Assembly (NCBI GenBank): GCA_030324005.1
Contig: JARDVH010000193.1
Location: forward strand, 70,412,453-70,476,452
Length of the DNA stretch: 64,000 nt
Reading direction: 5' to 3'
Source: Negaprion brevirostris
Taxonomy: Eukaryota
Positions within the stretch are counted from its first letter, which is position 1. Each line of letters opens with the position of its first letter. The notes under the pieces were generated by a model, which had not been told where the DNA came from, made no database searches, and saw only the letters and a list, made by a program, of their open reading frames with translations. Shown here piece by piece: positions 50,004 through 63,337 of the stretch. The position numbers and the translations under genes were made by a program.

Positions 50004-50610
50004 ATTTTTCTTCAGCAATCAAATGACCTGTAACATGGTGATGTCACATATTATAGTCGGTAACTTCCGCTAGTAGGAAAATTTATGTTCATTATAGTTC
50101 AAGCTTAACTCAAAATGAAGTCAGATTGTAGGAATCTTCGACATAGTATTGGACATTACCTGAAGGAAGTTATAGGAACAGACTTTTCGANNNNNNNNNN
50201 AAATGCAAGTGAAATACTTGCTGTATTTGTTCATTGTCAAGCTACTTTTACTTGTTGTTTAGTGCTAACACATTTATGTCCATCCATTTAAGTTACCATT
50301 CACAGTGAACCTAGTTCACAGCAGAAATCTCCATGTCTCATTCTATAATGTCTATGAATTGAAAATTGCTACTTACTCATGTCTGTCCACTCCACAAAGC
50401 TGTCTGACTGCTGTGACCACAAAACTCTTCAATCAAGAAAAGTTGTCTTCACTTGGCTCAGCTAGACTCCTCTTGCTGCTTCATCCTCTTGTCAAAGAAA
50501 GCTTCCCTCAACAATCGCTAGATGCTGAAACTGATTTGGAGTAGATGGAAAATGAAATTCCACAAGTTCCCTGGTGGTTGGGAATTTTTTACCTGTGGCT
50601 TTTCATGGTC

Positions 50611-51344
50611 TGTCGTGACTTAGCTGTTGGAAGAAAGACCATGTTCTACAATACTCTTCAGAAATTGGAATGAAATAAAAAGTAAAGAATTGGATAAATA
50701 AAGAAACTGATAGGGATTTAGCTGCACTGAGGACTTGTAAGATACAGATTAATTGAGTAGCAAGGTGAAGCAGATACTTTGTTGAGCAGAGTGGAGATTA
50801 GCAGTCTGGGCAACCAGATCATAGCCACGTCCAATTACAAAGCAGAGCTCTTTCTCAGAATCAAGTTGTGGTGCAGGAAAGAAAGCAGAAGAAATTTATG
50901 TCAAACACCCCAAAATTCTGCTCTACACCAGTTGAAAGGTTCTCAAAAGAAAGCTACAGGTCCTCTGTGGTAACTATTCGCTGGATTTGACTTAAAATGT
51001 TAAAACTTATGGGATGTTGTTTGGAGAAAGTGCATTCTTGGAGTTTAGGAAAGTAGATAGATTTGGGTTGGGGGATTGTTTAAGCCTATTATCTGGGTGA
51101 TCATTATTGTAGTTAATTGTAAATGTTGTTCTTTACTGTTGCCTTTCTTGTGTGTTTTAAAGTTTAATAAATGTTTCGTTACTTGAATAATTTACAACAA
51201 GACTGAATATGTTCCTCACCTTGTTTCATCCCTTTTCTCACATTTTTCCAAATCACAAAAGTAAATAGTTAAGAACTGGCATTCCAAATTTCCCTTCTGG
51301 GATTTGAGATGCCCTAGCATTGAACACCAGTGGGGTTCATAGCA
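50611..51344 (+). mobile_element. Possible solo LTR
   Basis: TG...CA ends (tgtcgtga ... tcatagca), an internal aataaa, and a purine-rich then T-rich layout. No matching TSD seen. Confidence 0.35.
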
Positions 51345-51829
51345 ATACTGTCTCCTGAAAAGTTCTCATGGTATCATTCAAAATATGTTTGAGTAACTTG
51401 GCACTCAAGTTATATTGTATTTCAGCAATTTACTTGAAAACAAATCTCCAACTGACTGCTCATTTATAATGTACACAAACCTTTCTGACCATGTGGACAT
51501 GTGCACAGTTTATGGGATTTTTTTTGTCCCCATTATGTCCTTAAATTGGCATGGATGGGACAACACAAAGTACAAAATTTAGCAGAGGTTGGAGTCAATA
51601 CATGAGGAAATACATATCTTTATCGCAGGAGATTCATTCCACCGTTAAATTTATGCAAAAATGTCCTATTTGTCAATTCCAGATGTTCAGATTGGTGGGA
51701 CACATTGTGCTAATCTGAATGGGCACCCAGGGATTGTAAAAATTCTGACATTTAATTTAAAGAGAGGAATAAAATGCCAGCAACTCTTTTCAGGCAGTTT
51801 CATTGCTGGATGTCAGCTTGGCTGCCTGA

Positions 51830-52060
51830 TAGCCCTCTTACCTCCAAGTCAGAGGATCATAAGTTGAAGTGCTCACTGTAGAATTCGAAAATATTATCCA
51901 GGCAGGCACTTGAGCACAGTGAGTGCTGTGTTGCCAGAGGTGCCACCTTTCAGATATTAAACTGAAGCCCCTGTTCAAGTGGATTGGAAAGATCCCAAGG
52001 CACAATTTAAGAAGAAAAGGACATTTTCCCTTTGGCCAACACTGAATAACTGGAAAAAAT
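51830..52060 (+). mobile_element. Deu-type SINE 5' half
   Basis: ctcttacctccaagtcagagg...gtgctgtgttgccagaggtgccacctttcagatattaaactgaagcccc...aaagatcccaaggcac. Confidence 0.65.
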
Positions 52061-52707
52061 GATGGCTCTGTTTGCATATAACAACAGAGAATGTGTTTTA
52101 AAAGTTGACTGTTTTTTTCCTCACATTGTATTTTCCTTTTGGCAAGCCTATATGACAATGAACATATGAATGAGCAAATTAGGAGAAGGGGTTTAGTTAT
52201 TCAGACCCTGAAACCTGCTCCTCCATTCAATAAAATGATGGTTGATCTGATTGTGATCCCAGCTTCACATCCCGTCAGCCCCCTACCCTTTAACTTCATT
52301 GTTAGTTGAGAATCTATCTACCCCTGCCTTAAAAACATTCACTGACCCTGCCTCCATTTCTCTCTAGGGAAGAGAGTTCCAAAGATTCACGTCCCTCTGT
52401 AGGGGAAAAAAAATCTTCTCCTCTCCATCTTAAATGGGAGAGCCCTTATTGTGAACCGTGCCCCCTGGTTCTCCCATAAGTGGAAACATCCTTACAGAAT
52501 CCACCCTGTCCAGTCCCCTCAGGATCTTATATTTCAGTAAGATCACTTCTTATTCTTTTAAACTCCAATGGATGCAGGCCCAGCCTGTCTAACCTTTCCT
52601 TGTAAGATAATACTCCATTGCAGATATCAGTTGACTGAAACTCTTCTGAAATGCTTTTACTGCATTTATATCCTATCCCAAATAAGGAAACCAAAACTGT
52701 ACACTAT

Positions 52708-54402
52708 GCACCCAATTCTCTCTTTGGGACCCACAACATTTCTGGTGGGTCAGGAGATGTGTGTGTCGGCCATTTTGCGGGTTGCCCGCGAGTGTTTACG
52801 ACCCGCGCGCATCTCCCAATGGAAGAAAATGGTGCCGCCAGGAACGCACAGAAAACCGGTGGGAAGTGAGGTAAGTCATTTGAATATGTTTTACATATAT
52901 TTTAAATATATTTTAAATGTGATTATCAGCTCCGGCATGGAACTTGCCAGGCCTGATAGGATCTCCCACCCTGCTAGGAGTACTTCATTCCAGCAGGTTT
53001 AGAGTAGTTGCCCACATTTGGGGAACTAGCGGGACACCTTGCCGGAGTGAAGGGGGCAATCAGGGGCCCCCCCAGGGGGTTAGGCGGTGGGAGGGGTGGT
53101 GTCCGCTGGGCATAGGCACCCTGGCAGTGCCAACCTGTGCCCCTGGCACTGCCCAACGGGCAAAGTGCCTGGTACCTAAGGAAAACCAAGCAGAGTGCCT
53201 TAATGACTATCGGCAGGTGGCTCTGACATCTATCTGCTGGGGGGGCTTGCCTCCCAGGGGGGTCCGATCCGGGAGGGGGGTGGTGTCTGCTGGGGTGGTC
53301 AGCAGGGGGGGTCTGCGAAGGGTGTTCGAGGAGGATAGGCTTCGGAGGTTCCCCTGCAGAATAGGAATCAGCTTCGGATTTTTATTCTGCAGGTTGACAA
53401 CAGCGCGGATCCGGAATGGACCTGAAGACGTTAAAGTGGGATTTGGCGGGAAATTTGGGTGCGCAGTTTATTAAATCGATTTAAGTGCATGCTAAATCAT
53501 CGGGCCGCCTGATTGGGGCATGGACTGGATCTGCGCCCAAATCGGGTGTCGGTAAAGGTGCGACCTGCTCGGATTCAGGTGCAGATCGCGTACAGGCNNN
53601 NNNNNNNNNNNNNNNNNNNNNNNNNNNNNNNNNNNNNNNNNNNNNNNNNNNNNNNNNNNNNNNNNNNNNNNNNNNNNNNNNNNNNNNNNNNNNNNNNATC
53701 AAATCACATCCGAAGTGCCCAGGCCCAGGGGGCACCTTGGCACTGCCCATCAGGCATCAGGCAGTGCCAAGGGGGCAGGGCCTATTGTGGGTGGGGCCTA
53801 GGGGGCAATTGGTGGGGCTGAAGAATCCTGCTGCCACTCTGCATTAGGATAGGTCTGGGTTGGAGGGAAGCCAGTGATCAGGGTGGGCTGGGGGGTGGGA
53901 GTGTGGTGGTAAGGCAGAGAGGGCTGCCTCCGGGGGGGACGGGGGGTCTGACCCTGGAGGGGGGTCAGCAGGGGGAAGCTACTGGGATGAGGGTGGTGGG
54001 GAGATCGCCACTGCTGCTTGGGGGGGGAGGGAGGTGTGCTGGATATCGGGGCACTCCGGGTGGGGGTGTGTCAGGCCTGGTCCAGAATTGTTGTGGGGGC
54101 TGCGATTGCACCATGGGGAGGGCTGGAGGAGTAGCATTGTAGAGGTCCCGGGCTGGCCAGTGATGGAGCTGGCCAGCAAACGGTGAGACTGCCAGACTGG
54201 GACCACTGTGTACGCACAGAGTTCCAGAGTTGTCAACTTCTGGTGCGAATGGGCATCGCCCCCCAGGTTTTTAATGATATTCATGATTGTGACCTCTGAA
54301 GTGCTCAGTGTGGGGAGATTCAGGTGAGAAGCTGCACTGAAAAAAAGTTGTGATCTAGAACAGTTTTTCCATTAATTCAGCACTTTTGGGAGAATCACCT
54401 CG
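52708..54402. mobile_element. Composite PIF/Harbinger-type non-autonomous transposon with a 3-bp TSD (TAT)
   Basis: Degenerate TIRs gcacccaattctc ... gagaatcacctcg, with TAT at 52705-07 and 54403-05. Colinear with 57603-58589. Contains a second GC-rich element at about 53235-53700. Confidence 0.8.
53168..53234 (+). mobile_element. Rex1/Babar-type LINE RT micro-fragment
   Basis: Encodes VPKENQAECLNDYRQVALTS, matching the Rex1 motif VPK....CLNDYRPVALTS. Confidence 0.75.
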
Positions 54403-55314
54403 TATATTCTAGATGTGGTCTCACCATACATCCATATTTTTATATTTCAATTCCTCTGCAAGAAATGACAACAACATTCTATTTACCTTCCTAATCATTT
54501 GTTGTACCTGGGTACTAACTGTCCCTGATTCATGTACCGGGGCACCCTGACCCCTCTGTACCTCAGAGTTCTGCAGTCTTTCTCCATTTTTTAACATGCT
54601 GTTTTTCTATTTTCCCTGCCAAAGTTAAGTTGAAGTGGACATGTTCACATTTCTCCACATTATACTCCATCTGCTAATTTTTTGCCCACTCACTTAACCT
54701 GTCTCGGTCCCCTGTAGGCTCCTTATGTCCTGTTCATAACTTATTATCCCTCCTATTTTTATGTCATTAGTACATTTGGCAACAATTCATCTCATCCTTG
54801 ATTGATATGAATTATAAATGGTCGAGGCCCCAGCACTGATCTCTGTGGCACTCTACTTGTCAAATCTTGCCAACTCGAAATAGATCCATTCATGCCCACT
54901 CTCTGATTCCTGTTAGCTAACCAATCTGCTATTCATGCTAATACGTTACCCTTACACTATGATGACAGTGGGATGAAAACAATGTCATTGAGAGAGTGAC
55001 AGGATGTCTTTTGACCATAGATGTGACTGTGGTAAGGGCTAGATCTCCACTCTAACATAATGTGGTGTTACACAAGCTAGTGAACCAGGGCTTTTAGCCA
55101 AGGCACTTCTTTAAGTCCTTTGTTGGAAGGTGTTCCAAGGCAGGGCTCATCGTATAAATCACTAAATACCCCAGAACGGAATTCACAATGAGCAAAGCTG
55201 TGGATACTTCCCATGACTCAGTAAATATAATCTGTCATTGCTTGAAAATCATGTAAAAGCATTGATGATTATTCATCATTGTTAACTTCTTATCAATGGT
55301 GCAATAGAAAATAT

Positions 55315-56056
55315 AGTGACAATGTGATACAGGCATATGTTACTGTTATACAAACATATGTCACTGTGATAAATACATGTGTCACTGTGATAAGGCAGAT
55401 AACACTGTGATACAGGCAGATAACACTGTGATGCAGGCACTTGTTACTGTAATACAGGCAATTGGCACTATGGTACAGGTGCATGTTACTGTGATACAGT
55501 CACATGTCACTTGATGCAGTCGCATGTTACTGTGATACATGCACTTGTTACTGTGATAAAGGCAATTGTCATTATGGTACAGGTGCATGTTACTGTGATA
55601 CAGTCACATGTCACTATGATACAGGCACTTGTCACCGTGGTATAGATGCATGCTATTGTGATACAGGTGCATGTCACTGTGATGGAGGCACATGTCACTG
55701 TGGTACAGGTGCATGTTACTGTGATACAGTCATATGTCACTATGATACAGTCATCGGTCACTGTGAAATAGTCACGTGTCATTGTGATAGAGGCATATGT
55801 TAATGTGATACAGGTGCATGCCACTGTGATACAGGTGCATGTCACGTGAAACAATCACCTGTCACTGTGGTACAGGTACATGTTACTGTGATATAGTCAT
55901 ATGTCACTGTGATACAGTCACCTGTCACTGTGAAATAGTCACATGTCATTGGCATAGAGGCATATGTTAATGTGATACAGGTGCATGTCACATGAAACAA
56001 TCATCTGTCACTGTGATACAGGTGCATGTTAGTGTGATATAGGTGCATGTTATTGT
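55315..56056. repeat. 21-bp minisatellite with higher-order structure
   Basis: Unit cactgtgatacaggtgcatgt, about 35 diverged copies. Confidence 0.95.
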
Positions 56057-57079
56057 GCTTGAATGTGAACCTTAAGCTGTAGTTTTAAGAAGGATTTCTG
56101 ACATATTAAGCAGAGCGCAATTGGTCCTCTAAATGGGTCAGGTAACTTGGTCACAAAATGGGTTCTGAAAATCTGAGAGAGAACGATACGCAAATGGTCT
56201 CATGGTGAAGAGGAAAGAACAGGCTGGTGTGGAGTCGCAATTAAGGTTTTCTTGTAGGTTAATTAATCTTATGAGGGGGAATTCCCATATCTCATCATCT
56301 ATAAATTTAAATCTACAATCTAGCTTGCCTGGGAATTGTAGAGGAGACTGAAACATCAAAAAATGATTTTCGAATGTAGCTGTTCCTGTGAAACAAGCAG
56401 TTACCATGTCAGTTCAAAGTTTGTTGATAATTGATTGATAATTTGAAAATAAATGGGATATAATTGTAAACCAAAAGCACCTGTAACTTGAACTTGTTTT
56501 TAGCAAAAACATTCAGGGTCTTACTAGCTTTCCTACTAAGTGTTTCTAATCTTCAAAGAACAAACAATTACTTCTGGCTTATTTGTGAGATTAAAATCCG
56601 CTTCACTCCATGCTCTCGGAGACTAAGATTCTTTTTCCTGTTTTAATGAATGTACGAAAACATATCTGCCAAATATTGGCACTGGAAAGCTGTTGGTGCT
56701 GCTTCATAGTCATTGCTACAAGGTCATGGTTTTACACTGGGAAACTATTGGCTGTGTCCTTTACTGATTTAAGACCTTGTAAGTTACAAGACTCCAGGAC
56801 AATTAATCCAGTTGAAAAAAAACTCCCTGTCTGTGGCAAATCAAACCCTAACTGGGAACCACAGCTTCAGCTGACGCATATGATAATGGTTGGTTCTGCT
56901 CTGAGACTTACAACACTTAAAATATCTAGAAATGTTCTTTGATCCTTTATTATTGTGAGATATTTGTTATATCTGAAGAGAAATACCACTAATGAGCAAA
57001 CAGTTAAAATTATACTATGTTGGCAAATATAAAGGAAAGTGGCAGAATATTTTTTATTGCTGCAAACTATTGGTAGGAG

Positions 57080-57347
57080 GTTTGTGAGAGTATGTGTGAG
57101 TGTGAGTGTGTGAGTATGTGAGAGTGTGTATGAGCATGTTTGTGAGTTTGCATGTGCCAGTGTGTCAGTGCATGTCTGCGTGTGTGTATAGGTGAGGGAA
57201 TGTGTATGCACGTTTGTGTGTGTGTGTGTTTGTGTGCGCGTATATGTGAGTGTGTTTGTGCCTGTGTGTATGATTATGTGAGAGAGCATGCGTGTGAATG
57301 TGAGACAGCGTGTATAAGTGTGTGTGGGTGTTTCAGTGTGTGTGTAT
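57080..57347. repeat. Degenerate (TG)n microsatellite
   Basis: Interrupted TG/GT dinucleotide run. Confidence 0.95.
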
Positions 57348-57602
57348 AGGTGAGAAAATGTGGCCGGAATTTTACTGCCTTGCCACGAGGCTCACATAAT
57401 GGAATTCTCCATTGGCCTCAGGCGGGATTTTGTGAAGGGTTTTATGGTGGCAGAGGGCATTGCCAAGGTGCCAAGAGGGGCTGAGACCTTATTAATGGGG
57501 GGAGGTCTTTCCCTTTTGCATGCAACCCTAACCTGGCATGTCTGATTGAAACTCTGACCCCATCTACCTACCTACCTCCCACCATTAATGTTGGGAAATA
57601 AT

Positions 57603-58589
57603 GGCTGTGATTCTCCCATCGCAACCTACAAATTTTCTGGTGGATTGAGGTGGGAGATGCGCGTTGCTGACCTTGTACTGGGATCTGTGCATGCGCCGGG
57701 AATGTATGCGCATCTCCTAGAGCCGGCGAACCACACTGGAAACTGGCGAGAAGGCAGGTTAGTAATTTGAATCAGTTTTTAATATGTTTTAAATGTATTT
57801 TCAATCTAATTTTCAGGAACGTTCAGGTCCCGATTGAATCTCCCACCCCACCAGGAGTACTTCATTTCGGTGGAGTTGAGACTAGCTTCCCATTTTTGGG
57901 GAACTAACTGGAGATCCCGCTGGAATGAAGGGGGGGAAAATGGGGCCCCTAGGGGGTCAGGCAGTGGGGTCTGGTGTCCCCTGGGCATGGCACCCTGGCA
58001 GTGCCAGCTTGTGCCTCCTGGCACTGCCCAAGAGGCAAAGTGCCCATGCCCAGGGAGCACCTTGGCACTATCCATGGGGCATTGGGCAATACCAAGGGCA
58101 TGGGGCTTAGGGTGATTGGTGGGGGTCCCANNNNNNNNNNNNNNNNNNNNNNNNNNNNNNNNNNNNNNNNNNNNNNNNNNNNNNNNNNNNNNNNNNNNNN
58201 NNNNNNNNNNNNNNNNNNNNNNNNNNNNNNNNNNNNNNNNNNNNNNNNNNNNNNNNNNNNNNNNNNNNNNNNNNNNNNNNNNNNNNNNNNNNNNNNNNNN
58301 NNNNNNNNNNNNNNNNNNNNNNNNNNNNNNNNNNNNNNNNNNNNNNNNNNNNNNNNNNNNNNNNNCTGGCCAGCAAATGGGGAGCCTGACTGATCGGGAC
58401 CACTGCGCATGGGCAGTTCCAGAACTGTCAGCGCGAATAGGCCCCGCCCACCCCTGGGTTTTCAATGAGATTCCCGACTGGGACCTCCCGACAGAGTGCG
58501 GAGATTTGGGTGAGGAGCTGCACTGACAGAACAGTTGGGATTTAGAACAGTTTTCCCATCAATTCAGCACTTTTGGGAGAATTGCAACC
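57603..58589. mobile_element. PIF/Harbinger-type non-autonomous transposon
   Basis: TIRs ggctgtgattctccca ... tgggagaattgcaacc. Same family as 52708-54402. Confidence 0.8.
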
Positions 58590-59227
58590 CATATCTGGAT
58601 AAGTAATTTTATGTGATGAAGGATCCTGTACTCCTATTCCTGGTACCAAACATTGCTAGGTCTCTTTCAGTTTCATCCTTAACTAGTAAAGTAATGTTTA
58701 TTGAATAAAATAATGTTTATTGAGTATGTATGTGGCCATTTCTTCCAACGTACATAACCGTACATTTGGCTGTTGTGTATGTGCATGCAAATTTTATTCA
58801 AATCATTTTGTAGCTTCTGACTTGCATTGTGACATTTGAGGGTTGTATGAAAAGTGATGACCGAGGGGAGGGGAGAGGAACTGGGCCCCAACAAGGCTGC
58901 ATGAAAATCTCACAAACACGATGCTCAAAGGGATAGCTCATCATTTACTGAGAGAGGATGACACAGACATCAGGACAGGAGGTGGCGGATGGTTCGTGTG
59001 GCACATTAGAAATGGTTTGCACCAGCACTCAATAGTCGGGGCTGCAGTGGTTTCAAAGGGTCATGCTAGTCCTTAGTCCTCTTTGGAAAGGGGAATAATG
59101 TCCAGGTTCCCATTTTAATTCAGGGGCTGGCGGACAGGAGTTACAGAGTGCAGAGATTCCTCCTGCAAAATGGAAAGGAATCACAGATTACAGGTGGTCC
59201 AGGAGCCATGTGGACCTCACAGTCAGA

Positions 59228-59323
59228 AGTCACGCTTGAAAGACTAGAGGGACTGATTGTGGACAAGTCCCCAGGACCGGATGGAATGCATCCAAGGGTT
59301 CTGAAAGAAATGGCAGAGGTGAT
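59228..59323 (+). mobile_element. CR1 RT N-terminal fragment running into a gap
   Basis: LEGLIVDKSPGPDGMHPRVLKEMAEV. Confidence 0.85.
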
Positions 59324-59971
59324 NNNNNNNNNNNNNNNNNNNNNNNNNNNNNNNNNNNNNNNNNNNNNNNNNNNNNNNNNNNNNNNNNNNNNNNNNNNNN
59401 NNNNNNNNNNNNNNNNNNNNNNNNNNNNNNNNNNNNNNNNNNNNNNNNNNNNNNNNNNNNNNNNNNNNNNNNNNNNNNNNNNNNNNNNNNNNNNNNNNNN
59501 NNNNNNNNNNNNNNNNNNNNNNNNNNNNNNNNNNNNNNNNNNNNNNNNNNNNNNNNNNNNNNNNNNNNNNNNNNNNNNNNNNNNNNNNNNNNNNNNNNNN
59601 NNNNNNNNNNNNNNNNNNNNNNNNNNNNNNNNNNNNNNNNNNNNNNNNNNNNNNNNNNNNNNNNNNNNNNNNNNNNNNNNNNNNNNNNNNNNNNNNNNNN
59701 NNNNNNNNNNNNNNNNNNNNNNNNNNNNNNNNNNNNNNNNNNNNNNNNNNNNNNNNNNNNNNNNNNNNNNNNNNNNNNNNNNNNNNNNNNNNNNNNNNNN
59801 NNNNNNNNNNNNNNNNNNNNNNNNNNNNNNNNNNNNNNNNNNNNNNNNNNNNNNNNNNNNNNNNNNNNNNNNNNNNNNNNNNNNNNNNNNNNNNNNNNNN
59901 NNNNNNNNNNNNNNNNNNNNNNNNNNNNNNNNNNNNNNNNNNNNNNNNNNNNNNNNNNNNNNNNNNNNNNN

Positions 59972-60915
59972 TGTCAAATTACTCTTTCCAGGGTGTATCA
60001 CCTCACACTTTTCAGGGTTAAATTCCACCTGTTTCTTATCTGCCCATTTGACCATTCCGTTTATATCTGCTTGTAGCCTAAGACAGTCCGCCTCACTGTT
60101 AACCACCTGTCCAATCTTTGTGTTATCCACAAACTTACTAATGCTACTCCACACATAGTCATCAATGTCATTTATATAAATGTCAAATATTAGTCAGCCC
60201 AATACAGATCCCTGTGGTATGGCATTGGACACTGGTTTCCAGTGAATAAAGCAACCTTCTGCCATCACCCTCTATCTCCGACAACTGAGCCAATTTTGAA
60301 TCCACTTTATCAAATTGCCCTGTATCTTAATGGGATTTACCTTCTTTACACGTCTCCCATGTGGGACCTTGCCAAAGGCTTTGCTGAAATCCATATAAAC
60401 TACATCGACTGCACTATCCTTACCTATACACCTGGCACCTCCTCAAAAAGTTAGATCAAATTCCTAAAGCACGACCTTCCTCAGACGAAGACATGCTGAC
60501 TATCCCTGATCAAACTTTGCCTCTCCAAGTGGAGACAGATGGTCTCCTTCAGAAATTTCCCCAAAAGTTTCCCTACCACAGTCCTGAAATTCACTGGTTT
60601 GTCCTTCGCAGGTTTATCTCTACACCCTTCTTAAACAACGGAACCACAATAGCTCTTCTCCAGAAGTATGGCACCTCCCCCATGGCCAATGACAAATTCT
60701 CCTTTGCTTCTTACAGCAATTTAGGGCACAATTCATCAAGACCTGGATATTAATTCACTTTTAAGGCTGCCAGCACCTCCAATACCTTGTCCTTCCCTAT
60801 GTCAGTTTGCTTTTGAGCCTCCAGTCTCTCTCCCTGAATTCTATACCATTGTCCTCATTCTGTTGGATGTGCTCTTCCTCCTCTCCGGCCAGCTCGAGGG
60901 CTCTCTCCTCAAATG
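59972..60915 (-). mobile_element. CR1 RT fragment
   Basis: ISKFVDNTKIG...LQADINGMVKWADKKQVEFNPEKCEVIH; VDVVYMDFSKAFGKVPH. Confidence 0.9.
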
Positions 60916-61089
60916 GNNNNNNNNNNNNNNNNNNNNNNNNNNNNNNNNNNNNNNNNNNNNNNNNNNNNNNNNNNNNNNTATTTTGTCCAGCAATGATACA
61001 GATATAAAGAGTGTAAGCAGGAGCATTGACATTTAGAATGGTGATGAGGTATGGCAGGCATGGGGCTTGAGTGGGAGCTGGAGTGTGGG

Positions 61090-61600
61090 ATTTGGCAGGA
61101 TGGATGTATTGGGAATTTGGAGGGAGGATGTATTGGGAATTGGCAGAGAGGACATTTGTTAGGAATTGGCAGAGAAGACGTGTTGGGAATTGGCAGAGAG
61201 GACATGTGTTGGGAATTGGCAGAGAGGATGTGTTGGGAATTGGCAAAGAGGACATGTTGGGAATTGGCAGAGAGAACGTGTTGTAAGTTGGTAGGGAGGA
61301 TATGTTGGGAATTGGCAGAGAGAATGTGTTGGGAATTGGCAGATGGATGTGTGGGGAATTGGCAAAGAGGACATATTGGGAATTGGCAGATGGATGTGTG
61401 GAGAATTGGCAGAGTGAATGTGTTGGGAATTGGCAGAGAGGACATGTTGGGAACTGGCAGATGGATGTGTTGGGAATTGGCAGAGAGAATGTGTTGGGAA
61501 TTGGCAAATGGATGTGTGGGGAATTGGCAGAGAGGACATGTTGGGAATTGGAAAAGAGGGTGTGTTGGAAATTGACAGGGAGAATGCTTGGAAATTGGTA
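61090..61600. repeat. ~24-26-bp G-rich minisatellite
   Basis: Core tgttgggaattggcaga followed by variable gaggaca, tggatg or gagaatg; about 20 copies. Confidence 0.95.
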
Positions 61601-63042
61601 GGTAACCATTCTGTTTTCTGTCTAACAAAATATTGGGAAATGCCAAATAGACATCAGGTAGGCAGTGCCAGTCATCAGAGTTACTCTTACAGAAAATGGA
61701 ATACTTTCTACAATGACCTGATCTTATGATATTTGGGAAGATGACAAGTTATCACAGCCAGTATGTGGTATGCCAGTATAAGAGTGGTGTAATGTCTAAA
61801 ATCATGTGATGAAATGGTAATCAATTGAAGATTGAATAGGTCAGAATCTGTACTGTCCTCAAATGGCAGAGTTTTGTTTTGATACTTGATTAATTAGTTT
61901 CAGGATCTTTGACACTGTAACCCAAAGAAAGATCCCAAGTGATGTCTCACCTTCTGCTTCATGTGGCTGATGGATAAAATAGATCCTGCAAAAGAAACAT
62001 GACTAAAATACATTTCCGAAAAGCACATTGTCATCACAGCCCTTCAGCACGTGTACACAACTCTATGTAGATCTTAGCAACTTCAAACAACCATCAAAGG
62101 GACAGGAGAAAGCTAAATCCTTGAGCAGAGACAGGGGCAATCAATTAGCAACCAGCCTGAGAAGAGTTGCTGTCTCTCTAAGTAGTGCTGGTTGGAGACC
62201 CTTCCTGCTGCCGAACACCGGGTCAAATTTGCAAGGGTTAACAGAGCATCCTAGTTGGAGTATTTAGATAGCAATTCTGACTACCCTCCTGGATGATATT
62301 TCCTGAGCACGTGCTAATGGCACCCGGTGTGACTAGTACCAGATGTAGGTACTGCGGTGCATTTTGGAAGCTTAATGCACCCAATAAACCAGATGCTAGA
62401 AAACTGAAACTTACTGCCAAATTCCTGAAAACCAGAAGAACAGATTTTGAGCAAAGTCGCAGGCATCAAACTGATCTGGATGGGAGTCCCACGTTCAGGC
62501 ATGCCTTTGCTTTTGCAAAGAGTCTAATGTTAACAGTGAAGGTGATAATTGTGTAGAATAATGAAGCATTTAAACAGCTCATTGCACCACTAAAGCTAAT
62601 TAATTGTTTATGAATAGTGTGTTCAAGAGTCATTTCTTTCCTCTAAGTATATTTGCCTGCTTTTTTGCTTCAGAAAGCTGCTATTAGTGAGTAAATAATG
62701 TCTCACTATTATTGAAATTAACCTTGTTTGCAATGCCATTCGGAGTGGTTGTATTTTTTTAAAAAAATGTTTGTGAACCAATCACAGTTGGCTAATTTGA
62801 ACCAACTCATTAAGGTGCTACAGATTATGACTCTAACTTTTGCTTTTTAGGCATGTTAATGTTCTTTAGTCAATAATACAGAGAATTAAGATAAATATTA
62901 AGCAGCAACAATTGACTAGATCCTCATGTGATGAAGCAGAGTGACAAAGAGAGAAAACCCAATGGATTGGTGGGAAGATCGAGTGATTTTTGGAGGATGT
63001 CCCAGAGAATTTCCTTTATTAGCTTAAAGAGTATAGGAAAGA

Positions 63043-63337
63043 CTGTGGTATTGCAGCTATATCACTGGACTGGTAACCTTGGGAAATGGGTTCAAATCCC
63101 ACCAGGGAAAACAGTGGAATTTAAATTCAATTAACTATATTTGGAATCATGACAACTATCATCAGCTATTGTAAAAACCCATCTGTTTCACTAATATCCA
63201 GGAAATCTGCCATTTTACCTGGTTTGGCCTACATGTGACCCACAGCAATGGTCCAGTAAGGCACTTGGTTCAATAGTTGAAACAAATGCTGCCCTTGCCA
63301 GTGATACCCACATTTCATGAAAGAATTTTTAAAAAAG
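63043..63337 (+). mobile_element. Second-family tRNA-derived SINE
   Basis: B box gggttcaaatccc, body gtaaaaacccatctgtttcactaat...ggcctacatgtgac, and an A-rich end. Confidence 0.8.

Larger units (their letters stand above)
52160..54960 (-). mobile_element. CR1 3' region split by a MITE (52708-54402)
   Basis: 3' end at about 52165. Removing the insert restores ccaaaactgtacac-tat-attctagatgtggtctcacc (rc RPHLEYSVQFW). RT motifs continue to 54960. Confidence 0.85.

Noticed and set aside
55504-55803. Cys/His-rich ORF (CHCDTGA heptads) resembling a metallothionein or keratin-associated protein
   Set aside because: It is the translation of a 21-bp (7-codon) minisatellite. Frames are open on both strands and there is no gene context.
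60797-61729. Several overlapping long ORFs, and a superficially CRISPR-like repeated core (tgttgggaattggcaga)
   Set aside because: Minisatellite. The 'spacers' are only about 7-10 bp and themselves repeat, there are no cas genes, and the DNA is vertebrate.
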